Positions 60,604-64,000 of a stretch of DNA of 64,000 nt are shown piece by piece. The number at the start of each line of letters is the position of its first letter. Within the stretch, counting starts at the first letter, position 1. Both the position numbers and the translations under genes were made by a program. The stretch spans positions 205,237 through 269,236 of the forward strand of contig JAXESU010000004.1 of assembly GCA_034115825.1 (NCBI GenBank), read 5' to 3'. Origin of the DNA: Bacilli bacterium. Lineage in GTDB: Bacteria > Bacillota_I > Bacilli_A > RFN20 > UBA1709. The notes beneath the pieces were generated by a model. It had not been told where the DNA came from. It made no database searches and was given only the letters and a program-made list of their open reading frames with translations.

Positions 60604-61176
60604 ATGAAAATACTTAAGGATCGCATTATTAAAGATGGTATTATTATTGATAATCGTGTTATAAAAGTAGATTCTTTTGTCAACCATCAAGTTGATACTG
60701 CTCTTATGAATAAAATGGCTAATGAAATTATTAACCGATTTAAGGATAATAAAATCGATAAAGTTTTAACAATTGAAGCTAGTGGTATCGCTTTTGCTTA
60801 TGCTATTGCTTCTCTTCTTAATGTTAATTTAGTATTTGCCAAAAAAGAAAAAACTTCCAACATTGGAAATGATGATGTATACTCTGCTAAAGTATTTTCT
60901 TTTACTCATAATAACGAAAACACTATTGTTGTTAATAAAAAATACTTAAAAAATAATGAAAATATCTTAATCGTTGATGATTTTTTAGCAAATGGCGAAG
61001 CTCTTAAAGGTCTTATAAGTCTAGTTGAACAAGCTAATGCTAATGTCATTGGATGTGGTATTATTATCGAAAAAGGATTCCAAGACGGCGGTCGTTTTTT
61101 AAGGAATAAAGGCTATCATATTGAGTCTTTAGCTATTATTAAAAATATAAAGGATAACCAAATAACTTTTGAATAG
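60604..61176 (+). CDS. xpt: Xanthine phosphoribosyltransferase
   Basis: 190 aa. MKILKDRIIKDGIII...VDSFVNHQVD N-terminus, and PRPP-binding ILIVDDFLANG. Confidence 0.85.
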   Translation: MKILKDRIIKDGIIIDNRVIKVDSFVNHQVDTALMNKMANEIINRFKDNKIDKVLTIEASGIAFAYAIASLLNVNLVFAKKEKTSNIGNDDVYSAKVFSFTHNNENTIVVNKKYLKNNENILIVDDFLANGEALKGLISLVEQANANVIGCGIIIEKGFQDGGRFLRNKGYHIESLAIIKNIKDNQITFE

Positions 61177-61298
61177 TTAAGGTTATCCTTTTTATTAACT
61201 TACTGCATTAAATAAAAATAATTATTATTTGACTATCACAATCCATTTGGTGTATAATATAAATGCCCTACAAAATAGGGTATTAAGAAGGTGGATTG

Positions 61299-61706
61299 AT
61301 GGCAGTTTCTTATATTGTTATTCCAAAGCAAATTGATGAGATATTTAAAAATTTTAAAAATAAAAATCCATTCAACTTAAAATCTAGACTTAAAATAATT
61401 AAAAAAAAGTATAAAAATATTGATGATGATTCTTTTTATGAAAAATTAATTTTAGAAATTAATACATGTTGTAAAAACGGTAAAAGTATTGTTATTTATA
61501 GTAGCCCGATTAATAACAAAATCAATATAATTAAGTTTAGAATGAAAGATTCTTCTATTCCTTTTGGAAAAAGTTACGGATGGAGACTAATCGCCTTGCT
61601 TGATGAGGTAAATGATCTATTTTACTTACTTGATATTTACTCTCATTCGGAAGGAAAAGATAATATTGACGCGAACGAAAAAAAAAGTATTAAAAAAAAT
61701 TTGTGA
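61299..61706 (+). CDS. Putative RelE/ParE/HigB-superfamily toxin
   Basis: About 135 aa. The C-terminal GWRLIALLDEVNDLFYLLDIYSHSE resembles the RelE-fold consensus yRiiY...v.il.i.hR. Immediately upstream of an XRE antitoxin-like gene. Assignment is tentative. Confidence 0.35.
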   Translation: MAVSYIVIPKQIDEIFKNFKNKNPFNLKSRLKIIKKKYKNIDDDSFYEKLILEINTCCKNGKSIVIYSSPINNKINIIKFRMKDSSIPFGKSYGWRLIALLDEVNDLFYLLDIYSHSEGKDNIDANEKKSIKKNL

Positions 61707-61745
61707 TGAATATGTAGATTGTTTATAGAGTGGAGGTATATAAAC

Positions 61746-62153
61746 ATGACTAAATTAAATATTAATGCAATCAAAAAGAATTCTTTTCAAGTTATTGAAA
61801 ATGACTATTCTTATATTGATAATGCATATTTGAGAAATTTTAGAATGAAATTAAAAATGAGCCAATCACTATTTGCTAATTATTTAGGAGTATCAAAAAA
61901 AGCTATCGAAAAGTGGGAAAAAGAAGGTAATAATATCAATCCTCTTGTCAAACGCATGGTCTTTTTAATCGAAAAAGATCCTAAGATTCTTTCACTCTTA
62001 ATGGAAGTTAAAATGCCTAAACCAATTTATGAAACTCATTCATATAAGACATTTGAATTTAACGAAATTGAGAACGAAAATAGAATAAATATCAGTAAAC
62101 CTAAACATAGTTTAGAATGTAGACAATATACTACATCTTTTGGGAGGATATAG
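61746..62153 (+). CDS. XRE-family helix-turn-helix protein (HigA-like antitoxin candidate) with a C-terminal extension of about 55 aa
   Basis: Start at MTKLNINAIKK (ATG at 61746, RBS GGAGG). HTH MSQSLFANYLGVSKKAIEKWEKEGN. An extra C-terminal tail follows the HTH core. Confidence 0.5.
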   Translation: MTKLNINAIKKNSFQVIENDYSYIDNAYLRNFRMKLKMSQSLFANYLGVSKKAIEKWEKEGNNINPLVKRMVFLIEKDPKILSLLMEVKMPKPIYETHSYKTFEFNEIENENRINISKPKHSLECRQYTTSFGRI

Positions 62154-62155
62154 TT

Positions 62156-62551
62156 ATGAGCACAAACCTATATCATTTTTTAGGATATAAAATACTAGAA
62201 ATAAGATATAAGAATAAAAATAATGATAGTTCTTATATTACTATTAGCGTACCACAAGATAACTATAACAAGAAAAAAAGTATATATTCTTTTTTAATAA
62301 AAATAACTACTGATTTTGGAAATGATGATAATTATTTTTTATTTCAAGCTGATTTTGAAATTTATAACATAGATGAATTTAATAATTTTGAAAGCAATGA
62401 AAAAAAAGCATATTTCCTAAGAATTGTATTCCCATTTATTCGAGAAAAAATATTTTCAATCACATCAGATACAGATCAGGGATTATTGCTGCCAACAATC
62501 GATATAAGAAACTTTAATTTTGACTGTGAATTAAAATTAATTAAGGCATAA
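62156..62551 (+). CDS. Hypothetical protein (third gene of the putative TA module)
   Basis: 131 aa, no recognisable motif. Translationally coupled to the preceding gene (2-nt gap). Confidence 0.25.
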   Translation: MSTNLYHFLGYKILEIRYKNKNNDSSYITISVPQDNYNKKKSIYSFLIKITTDFGNDDNYFLFQADFEIYNIDEFNNFESNEKKAYFLRIVFPFIREKIFSITSDTDQGLLLPTIDIRNFNFDCELKLIKA

Positions 62552-62603
62552 AAAATAAAACTATCTATTCGAACAAATAGATAGTTTTTTTTGCAAAAAA
62601 AAA

Positions 62604-62677
62604 TGGAGCAGATGACGGGAATCGAACCCGCATAGCAACCTTGGCAAGGTTGTGTTCTACCACTGAACTACATCTGC
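62604..62677 (-). tRNA. tRNA-Gly (anticodon GCC)
   Basis: Manual fold: GCAGATG acceptor, D-loop AGTTCAGTGGTAGAAC, anticodon loop TTGCCAA, T-loop GGTTCGATTCC, CCA encoded. Confidence 0.85.
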
Positions 62678-62787
62678 ATCACTAACTTTCGGCTTTTTTA
62701 TTATAAACAATTTAAAACCATATTGCAAGTACTTTTTTAAAAATTTTTTTATTTTTTTTATAAAAAAAATAAAGTAGGGATCCTTCC

Positions 62788-63096
62788 CTACTTTAAAGCA
62801 TCTAATTTAGAAATTAAAACATTTTTAGAAGTAAAACCAACATTACGATTAACTTCTTTACCATCTTTAAAGAAAACAATTGTTGGAATTGAATAGATTC
62901 CTAATGCACTTGCAACATCACCTACATTATCGACATTTAATTTATAGATAGCTGCATCTTTATAACTATTTGCAACATCTTCAATGATTGGAGATAACAT
63001 TTTGCATGGACCACACCAATCAGCATAGAAATCAATCATAACTAATCCTTCTTTGATAGCTTCTTTAAATTCAGCAACACTTTTAATATAATTCAT
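62788..63096 (-). CDS. trxA: Thioredoxin
   Basis: 102 aa. WCGPCK active site. Confidence 0.85.
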   Translation of the reverse strand: MNYIKSVAEFKEAIKEGLVMIDFYADWCGPCKMLSPIIEDVANSYKDAAIYKLNVDNVGDVASALGIYSIPTIVFFKDGKEVNRNVGFTSKNVLISKLDALK

Positions 63097-63145
63097 AATT
63101 TAATCCTCCTTATTTCTAACTACACTTGTATATTATCATAGATGA

Positions 63146-63904
63146 TTATTTTTGCAAAATCATTTGCTCATTAAATATTTCTCTTGGATCAAATCCTTCA
63201 AAAATTACATTATCATAAATTTGTAAATAATATTGATAATCTTCTCTATTCTTAGCAGTGAAACTAATTACCGGTTTATCTTTCTTTAAATATCTTTTTA
63301 TTACTTTATTTGAAAAATGAATATCAGTATTTAAATAATTTGGTTTAGATAAAATATTAGTCCACATTTTAGTTAGAGCCAGTTTAACTAATTTGGGCAT
63401 TTTTTTATCTTTAAAATCATATACTAATTGTCCACGAATAATTTTAGGATCTTTTTTTCTAACCTTATACATAAGTAATGGATCAAATGATTGAATAACA
63501 TATTGTCCTTGATAATTTTTTAATAGTTCTAATACTTTATTAACTAATATTTGATTATGTTTTTTATCAATTGATTTAAGTTCAATAATTAAATTAACTT
63601 GACCATTTACTAATTTTAAAACGTCTTTAAAAAGCGGAATATGCGTTTCATTGTTCATTAATTTAATCTTTTTTAAATCTATATAGTTCAAATCAATTAT
63701 TTTTTGATCAATATGAGCGATTCTTTTAAGATGTAAATCATGAGCGACAACTACTTCTAAATCTTTGCTTAACTGTACATCTAATTCAATATCAAATTTA
63801 TTCTTAATTGCTTCATTAAATGCTTCTAAAGTGTTTTCAATTATCGTTATATTATTAAAATATCCCCGATGAGCAATCGGGGAAGATTTTAACCAATTAA
63901 GCAT
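63146..63904 (-). CDS. Glycerophosphodiester phosphodiesterase
   Basis: 252 aa. IAHRGY, ELDVQL and VVAHD GDPD motifs. Confidence 0.8.
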   Translation of the reverse strand: MLNWLKSSPIAHRGYFNNITIIENTLEAFNEAIKNKFDIELDVQLSKDLEVVVAHDLHLKRIAHIDQKIIDLNYIDLKKIKLMNNETHIPLFKDVLKLVNGQVNLIIELKSIDKKHNQILVNKVLELLKNYQGQYVIQSFDPLLMYKVRKKDPKIIRGQLVYDFKDKKMPKLVKLALTKMWTNILSKPNYLNTDIHFSNKVIKRYLKKDKPVISFTAKNREDYQYYLQIYDNVIFEGFDPREIFNEQMILQK

Positions 63905-64000
63905 TTAAAAATAGTCTCCGTTGTTGACGAAATTTCTCCACTATTAGAAGCAATAAAGAACATAATCGTAGCAAAAACGTTATTTGATAAATGAGCAATA

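Noticed and set aside
1-64000. Searched by eye for CRISPR arrays, IS elements, transposases and integrases
   Set aside because: No regularly spaced direct repeats and no transposase- or integrase-like ORFs were seen. The only repeats are the 15-nt lipoprotein repeats, the C9 tract and short palindromes.

Overview
The window is AT-rich (about 28-30% GC) and densely coding, and uses the standard genetic code (Trp is TGG; TGA behaves as a stop). It looks like a Firmicutes- or Mollicutes-like anaerobe. This rests on a single-chain clostridial-type PurL, an [FeFe]-hydrogenase, three DegV paralogs and glycerol/glycerol-3-phosphate genes. No transposase, integrase or CRISPR array was seen.

Recognisable content, start to end:
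- A minus-strand purine biosynthesis operon, purE-purM-purN-purH-purD-purL. It is led by a promoter, a ZTP (pfl-motif) riboswitch and a terminator. purC is divergent.
- A Fur-box-controlled pair: a Fur-family regulator, then a fusion of [FeFe]-hydrogenase, rubredoxin and rubrerythrin.
- An accessory-looking stretch (about 15.5-25.2 kb). It holds a GNAT acetyltransferase, hypothetical genes, a GntR/ABC/ABC-2 module and a DpnII-type GATC restriction-modification locus with three methyltransferases. One methyltransferase is fused to an XRE helix-turn-helix domain, next to a palindromic operator. The stretch also holds an HExxH membrane protein, a zinc-ribbon membrane protein preceded by a C9/G9 homopolymer, and tRNA-Leu(GAG).
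- The glycolytic gapA-pgk-tpiA operon with an adjacent Crh-like HPr paralog.
- A transaldolase, then a glpK/GlpA-like/oxidoreductase/DUF1667 cluster.
- Two flavoproteins, two more DegV genes flanking a MacB/FtsX-type ABC exporter.
- A large minus-strand type IV pilus locus (45.8-60.4 kb), then xpt, a putative toxin-antitoxin pair, tRNA-Gly, trxA and a glycerophosphodiester phosphodiesterase.

The pilus locus is the most unusual feature. It encodes pilD-pilC-pilB and a family of seven or more prepilins. Five share a near-identical N-terminal segment of about 35 aa, and they carry C-terminal domains from 149 to 881 aa, including parallel beta-helix-like modules. The three large ones have Ala rather than Gly at the -1 cleavage position. 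A divergent prolipoprotein diacylglyceryl transferase (Lgt)-like membrane protein is co-transcribed with the 881-aa giant pilin.
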